Assembly: GCA_051530055.1 (NCBI GenBank)
Contig: JBMGUZ010000025.1
Location: 1 to 35,043 of the forward strand
Length of the DNA: 35,043 nt
Direction: 5' to 3'
From: Neoechinorhynchus agilis
Lineage: Eukaryota; Animalia; Acanthocephala
Part shown: positions 1-11,445 of the stretch, in pieces
How positions within the stretch are numbered: the stretch's first letter is position 1
How the letters are laid out: each line of letters begins with the position of its first letter
Position numbers and translations under genes: made by a program
Notes under the pieces: generated by a model
Databases searched by the model: none
Told to the model about the DNA's origin: nothing
The model's input: the letters and a program-made list of their open reading frames with translations, nothing else

Positions 1-1100
1 TTTTGCTTGATCCCAAATTGCGCAGAACATGCTTTCTTCATTGAGAGAAAGTTAAAGGCATTTTGAAAATCACACTTAAGAATCAAGCACGGCTCTGAGC
101 TTCTCATAGCAAAGTTTCGGAGCGAGTGGACAATAACTTCCGCCCCGCAGGATGTGCAGCAACCCAGTTGAACCGGGCGAAGTTGCTGCCCGGTTTTCTC
201 TATGATACGTTTACAGAGAATTTTTCCTGCAAGTCGGCGTCGAAGATACAGCGAAGGGACGAATCTCAACTTCTTCTATTTTGTGGGGGTCGGAGGATGA
301 CAATAACCGAACAGCCCGCCGAACATCTCAAATCGCAAGCTTCGAAGAAACACGTTCAGTCAGTGATCGATTTGAAAAACGGCAACGAAACTCTTCGTGC
401 GTCGCCTACGAACCACGAGAAATATCATTTCGAAATTGTTAAATGTCTGTTCGAAGGAGACCACCCTTTTCTTCGATTGTTGATGTTAAAGAAACCCCAT
501 AATCATCCCTGGTGCAAAGGACTAAGCGCGGGAAAGCGAAGAGCCGTGTCCCTTGATGGCGCACAGTTCGTTTGCAGGAAATCGTTGAGCAATCCCGTAA
601 ATGCTTTGGCGACCTGATATCGTGCGCCCTTTGGGATCCGTTTCAGGACGATCCTGAGCAGGACCCGCGCAATATCGGTTATCGAAATAGAATCAGTGGT
701 GATCTGAGAGGTCCCAGGCATAAACTGATTGGTTGATTGTAAAAGAGAACGAGGCCCGCAATAGCGGCGGGGACCGTGGGCAAACGAAAGCTCCAAATTA
801 GTTAATTTAAAAGACTTAACGCAAACCGAAAACACACCAATAGAGAAGCGTGGGACCCCGGCAGCGTTGGTCTACTCAGGTTGAGCGCGATCGATAAGTG
901 GCGTATTCAAGGTGTCTGCGCCAGTGATTTGATGAACAAAAATTAAGCCTGGTGTCCCGGTAGCGCTGGGCGTTTCCTCGGTCTTTTCAGTTGGCTCATT
1001 TTGGGCGGGCAATCTGTGGGAACTCTTCTCCCCGATGAGGTAACGAGGATCGCAGTGTCCTTAAGACTTGGTTTCCCGATGGTCCACGTTGAGATGGATC
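1..1100 (-). mobile_element. Decayed CRE-clade-like (R2 superfamily) non-LTR retrotransposon ORF fragment, running off the window start
   Basis: Manual minus-strand translation gives VLKRIPKGARYQVAKAF (~620-650), FGGLLL..EIRPFAVS / LRRRLAGKIL (~215-290, frameshifted), QLRPVQLG..GAEVIVHSLR and LILKCDFQNAFN (~55-175). These match the typical CRE-type RT signature (RPIAVG..LRRL; QLGVG..GGEA.VH; LKLDF.NAFN). Stops and frameshifts are present. Confidence 0.75.
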
Positions 1101-1149
1101 AGGTCTGTATTTTATAAGGTGGTATTGGATGATATCATAAGCAAACTCT

Positions 1150-2340
1150 CTTTTGGAGCAACAAATGATTTACCGTCTGATAATTGGTTGACCCTCCCAT
1201 TCAAGATTTACGTGAGGAGGATATTTTAGAAGCCTGGGGGAATACGACAAAGTTATCATCGAATAACGCAAGATCGCCTAGTAAATATCTAAGGTTTATA
1301 GAACCTTCAATTCGTCCTTTAATCGCTTCTTGCATGCTTAAAGCATCAAGGGAAGATTGGTTGCTTATTAATCTCGCACGAAGAATTCTCGTTAAAGCGA
1401 AAAAGAAGGTGGTCAATTCCTAATCAGATCTTAGACCAATTTCAATTCAAAACGCCTTAGTATCTCTTTACGAGAAGGCTATTGCCACCCGTTTAATGGA
1501 CTTCTGTATTAAAAAGGATATTATCAACCATAACTGTCATGGGTTTTACCAAGGGAGATCTGTTACCTCAGCAACCAGAGATATATAATTCCCTCAGGAA
1601 CGAAAATTTTAGGTATCGATGCCTTATTTCATTTGATTTTACTGCAGCATATGACAATATTGATCTGCAATTTATACTAAGCTGTATGGTCCTTCTAAAT
1701 ATTCCACAAAATATCATAGTACGCATCCATACTATTTTAGCGACCAAGTCCTTTTATTTCGACGACGACGATGATGGCAAAAAATTCTACCCGAAAAAAG
1801 GCCTACCTCAAGGTTCTCCACTATCCCCAATTTTATTTCTGATTGCCATGCAACTAATGGCATATTTTAATGAGGATGGTGTTAAGATTTTTATATACGC
1901 TGACGATATAAGTACAGTATTTTATACCAACAACTCATGGGAATTACCTATTTTACTAAACGAGCTTGTTATTTTTATCAATAAAAATGCATCAGTAATG
2001 GGTCTTAAACTGAACCCGGATAAAACTAAAATCATTGCTGTAGCAGGTAGCAATTACGTAAACAAAAAAGCTAAATTCAATAATCAGAACTAGATTTTTT
2101 CACATACTCTAGATCAAAACAACATTGTCGGTCATTTACGTTTTAATAAAATCAAAATTTTGGGCTACAATTTTAACTCAAAATTAAACGAAAAATTAGA
2201 CCTGACCCAATTTAAAAAGATCTTAAAAATTGCCAAACGTTTTTGTACAAGAGCGTTGAGGCTTCAACTGAGTTATAAAAGACAATATTGTATTTGGAAA
2301 ACATGGGCAATTGCGGCCTTAACCTTTTTTTTGTTGCGGT
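1150..2340 (+). mobile_element. Decayed non-LTR retrotransposon reverse transcriptase (AT-rich family, fragment 1)
   Basis: Colinear RT motifs across frames: DLRPISIQNALVSLYEK, CHGF, LISFDFTAAYDNID, GLPQGSPLSPILF, IYADD (1896-1907), GLKLNPDKT, ILGYNF. In-frame stop at ~1421 and frameshifts. Confidence 0.85.
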
Positions 2341-2392
2341 CGTCCACTCGAACAGCGGCCTATATTCGGCGAGGCCCTTCTACAAAATGCGT
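2341..2392 (+). repeat. 52-nt junction segment repeated at 14314-14365 (1 mismatch)
   Basis: cgtccac(t/c)cgaacagcggcctatattcggcgaggcccttctacaaaatgcgt occurs at both sites. Its last 15 nt also occur inverted at 16812-16826. Confidence 0.9.
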
Positions 2393-3170
2393 AGCCGGTG
2401 GAGATGTTCGTCCAATATCCATTCAGAACTCACTGGTTTCAATCTACGAACGGGCACTAATTGCATCGACCACGGATGCCACGGTTTTTTACCCCATAAA
2501 TCCGTTCAGACGGCTTTGTCTGAAATTATCACCAATTTTAATTCGAATCAGGAGTCAATGAACATTTTAATTTCCTTCGATATCTCTAAGGCTTTTGATA
2601 GCATTGATATCGCTTTTATAATAAAGATCCTTTGTTATTTTCAGTCTAAGCAATTTTTTTATCAAGATGACACATCTCTCAAGATTTATCATCAAACTAA
2701 AGGAGTTCCGCAAGGGTCCCCTCTCTCACTCATCCTCTTCTAATTTGCTTCCCAATTTCTGCTTAAGAACTGCCGAGTCTGCAATGAATTAACCCTATAT
2801 GCAGACGATTTCAATGCGGTGATCAAGGAAGCGAACTACCTAGCCGCTATAAGGAAACTCTCAGATTTACTGTCATGTCTTAATTCTATTCTCCTTCAGA
2901 CCCTTTAAAGACGAAATTTATTTTAAAATCTTAGTCGGTTTTTGATAAACAACGTGTTCGCGAATTTTATAAACAATTTTTTAATCTGACCTCGTCGTCA
3001 GTTTCTAATAAGATCACAATCTTGGGAAACACCCTACGACCTCCGCAAATTCAAAAAACTTAAGTGTCGCTAAGCTTAAATGCAGAAGATCTTTTAAACT
3101 TGGACTCTGCTCTCATGATACCAGAAGCATTTGGAACTCTTGAGCAATCTCGGGCCTAGTTTTTTACTCT
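2393..3170 (+). mobile_element. Decayed non-LTR RT (AT-rich family, fragment 2); inverted copy at ~16030-16811
   Basis: GGDVRPISIQNSLVSIYE, GCHGF, ILISFDISKAFDSID, GVPQGSPLSLILF*, LYADDF (2798-2809), ITILG. Frameshifts and stops. Confidence 0.85.
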
Positions 3171-3959
3171 AGAGGAATACCCCCGAATAATGATTAAAGT
3201 ACATTATCACTTTCCTAGAGGCTCTGGGCAAACTCCCTTACTCCTGGAAACAAGCGCTTAAATGGACAGCGATGATATAACTTTATTACTATCGAATTAT
3301 AATTATTCCTACACATAAATTATGTCGGTTAATCATCCAATGTCTTCCTTCGAATAAATCTTGAGCCTCGTGTTAGGATAATTCATCAATTCGTTCACAC
3401 AGCACCGAAACTTGCAGTTGAAGATTGGCAATCTCTTTTTCCACATTTGAGTCAAAAATAGAGCTTCCTAGAAGATGTAACAGGCGTAGAGTGATCTCGC
3501 AGAATTCAGTTCAATGTCAATTTTCGTAACTAAGTATTCAAGCTATTGCAATTATAAATTTTATTAGCAACGTTAGACGTCTAAAATTTAATTCGTTAGG
3601 ACGCAACGTAGTGACCAAAGTTTAAGTTTTGATAAAATCCGATTTAAATCGGTTATAAAATTTGCTAGTTAGAAATCTCGTAGACTACTGGGATTTGGAA
3701 TTAACTTTATTTCTCGTGAAAAATACTGAAGCCAATCCCCTGCACATATCTTTTGCTTTTTTAATTAAAACAGCGCTTTAGAAAGGCCAACTAATTCTTT
3801 GGGTTCACTCGAATACGGACGTTTGCTGATAAATACCGTGATTTGCCGGAAAGCAAATCGAGTTGTTTACAAAACATTTCAATGTTGCGCTCTAATTATT
3901 TGTTTATGTTCCGCCAATTTTCCCGATTGATGGGTTCTTAGACTCACAATCTCTCGCCG

Positions 3960-4475
3960 ATGCATTTTTGTGATCCTTATTTGGTGCTATATCCGCCTTC
4001 AATGACAAACGTTACGATGCTGGAGGTCCTTACTCATCCGAGATCATACTTCCATCCTTGTGATCAACAATATTCATTTCAAGCGATGCCACAATTTAAT
4101 TACAAAATCCAAGCGAATCAGCAAAACAATTTTGAGCCAAGAGTCTTCAATGGGTTCGTGAATTCCAGTCTCATTGGACTTTGTTTGCAGTTTTATAAGG
4201 GTGTATTCGTCGATCTTTTGAAAAAGGAGGAACTTTGCATGCATTATCTCCTTGAAGTTGCTCACAATTCTCGAATACTCGGTACGGCGGAAGGCAATAA
4301 AAATGCCGATATTATTACAAAATACATTAATGACTACTGCGATCGGAGCGCAAATCGCTTCAATGAAATTAATGACGAGCAACCAAGACGAAAAAAGCAC
4401 CACAGTAGAAGACGCAATAGACAAGGACGGTCGACCGAGAGTGGAAAAGGACGGTCGACCGAGAGTGGAAATTGA
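3960..4475 (+). CDS. Hypothetical 171-aa protein with basic C-terminal tract (RRKKHHSRRRNR)
   Basis: ATG-initiated ORF, open in both A and A' copies. No family recognised. Confidence 0.35.
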   Translation: MHFCDPYLVLYPPSMTNVTMLEVLTHPRSYFHPCDQQYSFQAMPQFNYKIQANQQNNFEPRVFNGFVNSSLIGLCLQFYKGVFVDLLKKEELCMHYLLEVAHNSRILGTAEGNKNADIITKYINDYCDRSANRFNEINDEQPRRKKHHSRRRNRQGRSTESGKGRSTESGN

Positions 4476-5003
4476 ACGTAATACAGTAATCGATAGGCGT
4501 GATAGTTTCATAATTTTTTCTAAAATAAAGCATAGTCGCAATTTGAGTTTTTATGGCGGTACCATGTTGAAACATTTATTTCGCGGACGACTCTCGGATC
4601 CTCGAATCAAGTAAGCATTGCACATGAGTATCTCGGCTCATCAAGTAAGATAAAAATTGAAATCGGTAAGCGTTAACTAGGAAAAATGACACAGACAAAA
4701 ATCAAAGGTTAATATATCCTCAGCCAATTTCTTGTTCATGACTGTTGTGCCGATGACTAGGCGAATCGTGCTCGCTATTTTATCGTCGTCAAAGTTAAAA
4801 ATTGCAACCCTTTTCGTTGTTTTTAAGAGAACTGTATCGACTTTAATGACACTTACGACTAATCGATCACTTTTTGTCTCGTTTATGATGTCGGATCTTT
4901 TTTGATTTCCTTATTGTTCTAAACAGTTTAGGCTTTCGCTTCAAAACTCGTTTGTCGTTTTTACTCAGTGCATCAATTGCTCTCAATGCATCCTTCGTAC
5001 TTC

Positions 5004-5551
5004 TCATTTGAACAATTCTTCTAATATGTTTAAACAACAGAACATCCCGACAACCAAATCACGACTAATGGCACCTTTTCGCATGGGTAACCCGTCCTTC
5101 TTCATTTTTTCGAGTAGTTCCATTTTGGACATGTCACCGGACGACGGTCCTTGCTCATCACTAGAGTCCTTATCGGCCTGGCCTCGTTGTTGGCACTTTA
5201 TGCATCGGACATCCCTGATTTGTATGTCAAACGGTTGGTCTTTTACTTTATCATTGGGTTTGGCCCATTGCTCACGTGGAGCTCCTCGCCACCGTCTTTT
5301 CCACCATCGTCGGCTGTCATACCAATCGGAGGATTGTACATGAATGAAAGTCCCAAACGAGCTTTCTCATCACCCAGCAACCACCGATTCGCAAACATCT
5401 CCTTTTCCTTGTCATGCTGCTCTTTTAAAAGTTGCTGCTGTAGCCGTTCAGCTTCGGCCTTTTGCTCAGCCTTCCAGAGGCGTTTCATGTTCCCCAAATT
5501 GCTGGGATGAAACCACTTCTTGGACATGTAATTCTCGTAGCCTTTCCCCAT
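5004..5551 (-). pseudogene. CIR1: CIR1 (Cir_N domain splicing factor/corepressor) homolog, frameshifted near 5285
   Basis: MGKGYENYMSKKWFHP..N..RLWKAEQK...NRWLLGDEKARLGLSFMYNPP, then in another frame GAPREQWAK..KDQPFDIQIRDVRCIKC. This parallels CIR1 (MGKSFANFMCKKDFHP..GLNFMY..GAPRE..DQPFGIQVRNVRCIKC) better than CWC25. A sequence error rather than a true pseudogene is possible. Confidence 0.75.
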
Positions 5552-5936
5552 GTCGAATCGAAGCTCTTAATAAAAAATCAATTAGAAATTCTTTAAATCT
5601 TGGTTTCAAAAAGAGCTCGTTACAGCACACAAAAACAGCATGTCCATTTAAGAGCTGGCTTTCAAGTTCGATCGAAATCGGGGCCTTCGAGCAAGATTGG
5701 CCCGAGTTTGAGGCGCTACTTGAGTCTGATAGTGGAAAATTTTAAAGAAAGTCTGATTTTAAAGAATTTTTCGACTTCTAAATTGATATTTGGAATCTTT
5801 TCTTGGGATTCGTTGATCAATTTACGAAAAAATAGCACCCTAATATCGCTTATTTCGATATGTGAGTGCATGTTATGTTTTTGGAGGAGAAAGGATGTCT
5901 TTGCGAGGGACAACATTTTAGAATCAAAGATCGGAA

Positions 5937-6983
5937 ATGCCAAGTTCGACGGAATTGATCACTATATTGCTTTTTTCTCTTCTATTTGTTTATCTTCTCT
6001 TCAAAGTCTTCTCAAATGTGAGGTTGCTCAGTTCGTGCGGTCGAACATGCTTAATAATTGGACCGAGTGGCAGTGGAAAGACAAAGCTTTTTCTCGTGCT
6101 GAATGATCAGACAGCAAGATCTTCGGTGACTTCACTGACCGCGAATGTCTCGGAGTATTCAGAATTGGTTCAATTAGTCGATCTACCTTCTCATCCTCGT
6201 TTGTGGAACAAAAGTCGAACCTCGATTAAGTCTTATGACATTGGAAAAATTATTATGGTAATAAAACCCTTCGAAGATTCAGCAGGACTTTCCAAACATG
6301 AACATTTCCTACATGCTGCTGAGTTATTTCGGGATACTCTTTCGGAAATAAGCCACCGCCAAGATCCACTAGGACATGGATATTGCCATTCGTAGTAAAA
6401 TCTTCATCGTTTTAGAAAAAGAACACAAATTCGGTCTGAGAAAAATCGAAGGCGAAAGTTACGATCCCATTGGATTTAGGGATCATCGTTTTTTAATTCG
6501 AATGTATACTTTGACTTTGGTTAACGAACTCTGCCAAAAACAACTCACATATTTTTAGGTTATAATATTGAGGTCGGCCCTCCAGTTCTGACAGGGAAGT
6601 CAAATTTTATCGTTATCAGATCTAAAAAAAGAGTACTTTTAATTGGTAATCACTGATAACGATTTTTGTAAGGTTTCGAGGGCCGACTGCAAAATAATAA
6701 CATATCTAACCGCCCGCCTACTTTTTATGAATGTGCAAAAATTCATGTCGCAAAATTGCCTGCTCTCGTAGTGTGGAATGATTGGCGCGAGGACGCTAAA
6801 CAATTATTCGAAAACGGAAGGAGTGAATTAAACAAGCAAATTGTTGATACTGTGAGTAAATGCGAGGAAATACGTTCGAGTAGTTCAGTGGAGCAGTACG
6901 TGGAATCGTTTAATTGGCTAAAAGGCGATTTAAGTAAAGATGAATTCGTAAAAGAGGTCGGTGATTGGATTAAACAAAGCTAA
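5937..6983 (+). pseudogene. SRPRB: Signal recognition particle receptor beta subunit (Arf-like GTPase), split into 5937-~6360 and ~6720-6983
   Basis: N-terminal TM helix, GPSGSGKT P-loop, SVTS, LVDLPSH (DxPGH-like), AAELFRD. The downstream piece LPALVVWND...GDWIKQS* resembles the C-terminal half. About 360-400 nt intervene, and I found no clear splice sites. Confidence 0.7.
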
Positions 6984-7587
6984 TTTTTGAGTTGAGTTTT
7001 TGGACTCAAAAATAATTCCATAGGATTTTCAATTGAATAATTTGGATTTCTGAATCACGAAGGACGTATACTCTTTTGAAATAGTGATTTTTCCGATCTT
7101 TATTAAAAAAACTTGTTGAAACTAATTAAATGAACTTCAAAAAAAAAGAGTTTCACGTAATGTTGGTGATTTGATATAACATACAAAACTTTTTAGATAC
7201 CCAATCCGCATCCGTATAAGTTGGAGTTTACGAACTACCAAATATTTTTCTATAGACACATTTGTCTGAGACAATAATCCATTTTTGAAGAAGGGCAACC
7301 AACATTCTAGATCTGACTGAAGAAGGCCAACGAAAAGGCCGAAAATTTTCAATATAAATCAATTTTCTGAGTGAATATCGCTAGGTGAAATTAAAACTAT
7401 TCTTAAACGTTCAATATAGAGAAAGCATTGAGACTTGAAGTCCTACACTTGTAAAACGCTGACTGAGAAGAACTTTTTTCCACGAGATTGGCCATCAAAG
7501 TTCTTCGATCGGAAAAGGATCATGGACGCGCCGTTAAAGTACAAAGCGATTACTGTTGATCGACCTGCCTCGATTGTTATTTTTTAG

Positions 7588-7960
7588 AATAATCAATGCA
7601 GCCATTAGAAAAGTCTGCGAGATTCATGACAAAGAGTTCTCTTTAACTGGTAAAGACGGTTTAGTGGTTTTTGTTACCGGCAAACGGGAAGTTTTTACTA
7701 TCTGTGGAGAATTAAAGAAAATCTATAGCAGCAAACGGAGGAAGCGGTATAAAGAGGAGAGGGAGGGTATTCGGTCTAAGAAGAAATGGAAGCAAGTTAA
7801 TGATGTTGTTTCAAACCTCATCAATGAAAATGATCCAAATTTACTTGATGAAGACGATGCTTTACAGAAGGTTTTACAAGACACCGAAACCAATCGGTCT
7901 TCGAGGCCTTTATACCTGGTACCACTATACGCTGCCTTGCCAAAAGAAATTAAATTATCT
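7588..7960 (+). pseudogene. DHX37: DEAH-box helicase fragment, DHX37/Dhr1-like (RecA2 region)
   Basis: RKVCEIH...GLVVFVTGKREVFTICGELKK...PLYLVPLYAALP matches the DHX37 pattern RKVCKIH..GILVFLTGQ.EV..LC..L.K..PL.VLPLYS.L. Preceded by an acceptor-like ttttttag. Homology is lost after ~7955. Confidence 0.65.
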
Positions 7961-8187
7961 AAGCTTTTAAAAGTACACAAATTTCAATCTCTGTTAACTC
8001 ATTGCTGTAACAGTGATTTATTTTTCTTCAATATTCTTTTAAGCAGATTAAATCAGTCGATTAATTTCTTTACTTAAAAGTCTAAAGCGGGATTATTTTA
8101 TCTTTACGGCTAACAAATCTATCGTATTGATATCAAATACAATCTGTGAAATTTTATAAATGTTGAACTTAAATCGCAAAATACGTG

Positions 8188-8303
8188 TTATTGTTAAGCT
8201 CTTCATCCGGTGAATGATTTTTTATTAAAGAAGATGAACCTGACGAGGTTCGAAACATCTATAATAAAAAAATCATTTACCGGATAAAGAATTAAACAAT
8301 AAT
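8188..8303. repeat. Small fold-back element with ~40-bp imperfect inverted arms (copy at ~29125-29240)
   Basis: atccggtgaatgattttttatta (8205-8227) versus taataaaaaaatcatttaccggat (8262-8285), with imperfect extension to ttattgtt/aacaataa. No clear TSD. Confidence 0.6.
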
Positions 8304-8950
8304 TCCAATCATTGTCCCCGGTACCTCAATTATCAACATTTTGCAAATGACGTGTTCTTTGCCTTTTAAGTTTTAATAAATCTTTTTTTCTTAGAAATTT
8401 ATTTTGAACATTCATTGAACTTTGACATTTCAAACTTATTTGTTTAAGTGCTATCAGCCAAGGCGTTAATAAATTCGGCTTATAGAAATTCACTCAGGCA
8501 TTTTTTCATTTAGAATATCTTAAAAACATTTTTGGTCATAGAGTGATTTTTTCTTTGCAATTTGATTTCAGACTCATTAAAAGTTGCCGATGATAACTAT
8601 GAATCCTGTGAGTTTTGATAGCTTTTATTTTCATGCGATATTGTCAAACTCCAAATCACATTCCCCAATGATATTTGCAAACAAATAACTGACAAGCAGC
8701 GTCGAAAAAATATACATCATGGATGTGAAAAATTATATTTTTAAATTATATTTATCGTGTAGAATTCATCAAGAATTTTCGAAATGAAAGGCTTTCCGAA
8801 ACACAAATTTATTCATTCTCTGAACTATGATAATGATTTATTCTTATTCATCATGGGAACGACTAAAAGCTCCTTGAATATCATGAACAATATTTTATCC
8901 TTGGTCAATCGTCTCTTAAACATGGGTAAAATCAGCGATGATTGATAATA

Positions 8951-10872
8951 TCAGCCGCCATTTATTTTCTTCAGCAATTTTTCAAGCAGTCCCTTGTGCC
9001 GAATATTTAAATGATTCGAACGAACTTGACTTAGGATGTTGACCAAATTGTTATTCCGAATTTCACTCAGCGCTATTTCACGTTCAATCATCGCGCTGAG
9101 TATCCGCTTTAGCATCGCGTGGTTCCGAACTGTGAACTTCTCGTCCAAGATGCTTTTTAAACGATCGCAGAGTTCCTTGATGCTCAAGTTCATTTCAATT
9201 GAAGGCTTTGATTTTCTTTTTGAAATCGATTCATTGAGTGGTTTGTCCTTCAATTGTGACCCTGATTTATTTTCGATCGAAATATTGGACATTTCCGTAG
9301 GTTGCCGATTGTAGATTCCCACCATCTTTTTTCCGATTTTATCGATTATGTCGATTAACGGTTCGTTTTCCCCGTTGCTGGCCATCTTATGGAGAATATT
9401 TATAAGATCGGAATCTTTGATTTCATCCACAGTCATCTCTAATTCTGAAATCTCGGAAAGGACATCGTCCACCAGTTCTAGGCTTTTGGTTGCGTATTGT
9501 GAATCCAATAAAAATTTTAGTAATTTAATCTTCTTGGTTAAACAAGAAGGCGGCATCAATTGTTTGGATTCTGAAATCTGTTGACTGTGAACGTTTTCGA
9601 CATTGTGAAGTCCAGTTTCTATTTCTTCATCGCTATTGATTCTCTTCGGCGATTTTGTTCTCTTGTCCGAAATTGCGTTAGAATCCCGATCACTAGAATC
9701 AGTATTTGATATTTCGGGTTCTACTTCTTTTGGTTTATTCAATTTGGGTTTGGCCGCTGGTCTTTCTTTAGATCGATTTTGATTGAAAGCCTCCTTGACC
9801 TTCATAGCAACTTGGATTAAGAGTTTCTTGAGTGGAGCATTATCCTTGTTGTCGAGCATCTCTCCAAGGACATCTATCAATCCGGATTGACGAATTTCAC
9901 TCAGGCTAACTTCGCCCTTCAGAATTTCATCAACGATGCTCCTTAATAAATCAGAATTCACAATTTTGTGCTCAGAGTTCATAGTCATCAAGATTCTTTG
10001 ACGGAGATGTGTTGAATCTGTCCGCTGAATTTTTGTTTTCTCTTCACCTTGAATGGTTGATGACAGTCTCTTCCTTGAAATTTCGTCTTCAAAACTGGAT
10101 TTAGATTTCGTTTCTATCGGACACTGCTCTTCAATCTCAACATCAAACTTTGAGTGGATACCGGACATCGTATGAGATTTATCATCGGCATTTTTACCTT
10201 TCTCCATGCCGAGCACTACTTTAATTTTTGCTGCTACTTCTTTAATCAAATAATCAAGTTCTCCGTTTTCTTTGTTTTGATTCATTTGGTGGAGAATCTT
10301 TATCAGGCCGGACTTACCAATCTGAGAGATGGTCATTTCTTGTTTGAGAATCTCAGAAAAGACACTGGTTACTAAGCTCTTGTTTGTAACCTTAAACTGT
10401 GAGTCCAATCCAATTTTAACTTTTTTAACTAGCATATTTAATGATTTGGACGTTGCCATTTCATAATGGATTCGTCCTTTATCGCTTGAATCTGTCATCT
10501 CCTTTTTCGCCATTACTTCATCTTTATTTGCCCGTTTTCGAGTTGAGGTCGTACTGACCAATGTCTTCGTCGTTTTCATCCTTGGACAATATTTTTCGCC
10601 GACAATCTTTTTGAATTTGCTCTTTAATTTACTTAGGAACCAACTTGTACTTTTGCAATCTTTGTCTACGGCCATTTCGTCTACCATCTCAAGCATCCCA
10701 AAGTTTAAAATTTCTTCGGCTGTAATCGATCGCGTTAACAATTCTCGCAGGTTTCGTTTGGCCAAAGATTGGTTGATTGTACAAGAATCACCGTCGAGAT
10801 TATTCTCAATTCATCACATATTTGAGCGAGTGATTTATCTCTTAGTACTTGATGTTTCCGCTTGATCGCCAT
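8951..10872 (-). pseudogene. Five-repeat TFIIS-N-like protein, left copy; 1-nt frameshift near 10805 separates the ATG (10872) from the 604-codon body
   Basis: Paralog of 26584-28515. ttgagaataatc here versus ttgagagataatc in the right copy, plus a 12-nt in-frame deletion (ASCK). Confidence 0.6.
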
Positions 10873-11229
10873 TTTTGATTCGTTCTCTTGCACTTAAAGA
10901 TAATTGCAAGTATGGTTTTAGTTTTACTGCACCGAAATTGAACGACGTCAATTCGACCTCAATTGGCGTCTTTCAAATGTACAAACATCTGAGATATTGT
11001 CAAACGTGAAATGGAAGCTTTATTTTCATTGTTTTGATGAACTAGTAATCAAAATTAGTACTGAAGAAGAGCTGACAAAAATAATAGCAGCCCAGTAAAA
11101 TGATTTATTGTTCGTAGTAAGAATCTTCATTTGTATGGTAGTTATTTGTCTATATCTTGAGTCTGATTATCATTTTACTTCCTTCTTGACGTCCATAAGG
11201 CTGATATCCGAACCGAGAGATCAGGAAAG

Positions 11230-11445
11230 ATTAGGGAGAATGCGAGATTAAACGTTAAGCTTAATGCTGGAAAGTGTGAGCTCACTGCGGCCCAGGACCT
11301 GGTCTAGGAATTGTCTAAGAGATTGAGACGAATCACTGGCGATCCGAGATCAGGAGCATTCCTCCTACAAAAATCTGCTCTGAAAACGAGAGGGAATGCT
11401 TCATCCGTCCTTTCGACCGTTACACCAAAACGGCATCTCAGGGAT
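11230..11445 (+). mobile_element. Internally deleted CRE-like retrotransposon remnant (inverted copy ~26009-26224)
   Basis: Translation VKLNAGKCEL..*ELSKRLRRITGDPRSGAFLLQK..RGNASSVLST. The RT thumb motif (L.LN..KCE) is fused to the CRE C-terminal motif (RL...TGDPR...FL.QR.S...QRGNAASVLGT). Confidence 0.65.

Larger units (their letters stand above)
2378..4544 (+). repeat. Inverted duplication A (partner A' 14684-16826)
   Basis: Near-identical reverse complement. The 24-nt length difference (2167 vs 2143) is fully explained by a tandem 24-mer aaggacggtcgaccgagagtggaa at ~4423-4470 in A only. Confidence 0.95.

Noticed and set aside
126-617. 163-aa plus-strand ORF
   Set aside because: Antisense shadow of the CRE-like RT on the minus strand, which carries the recognisable motifs.
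3639-3652. 14-bp perfect palindrome ccgatttaaatcgg (copy 15552-15565)
   Set aside because: A single short palindrome in AT-rich DNA with no supporting context; may be chance.
5285-5304. Possible 20-nt GT-AG mini-intron that would restore the CIR1 frame (D-GAPRE)
   Set aside because: Purine/GC-rich, unlike the AT-rich 60-nt intron candidate in SLC22. Removing it does not recover the conserved FEWQ residues. A simple indel explains the shift. RNA-seq would settle it.
9036-10865. Several plus-strand ORFs (and mirrors at 26628-28430)
   Set aside because: Antisense shadows of the long repeat-protein ORF.
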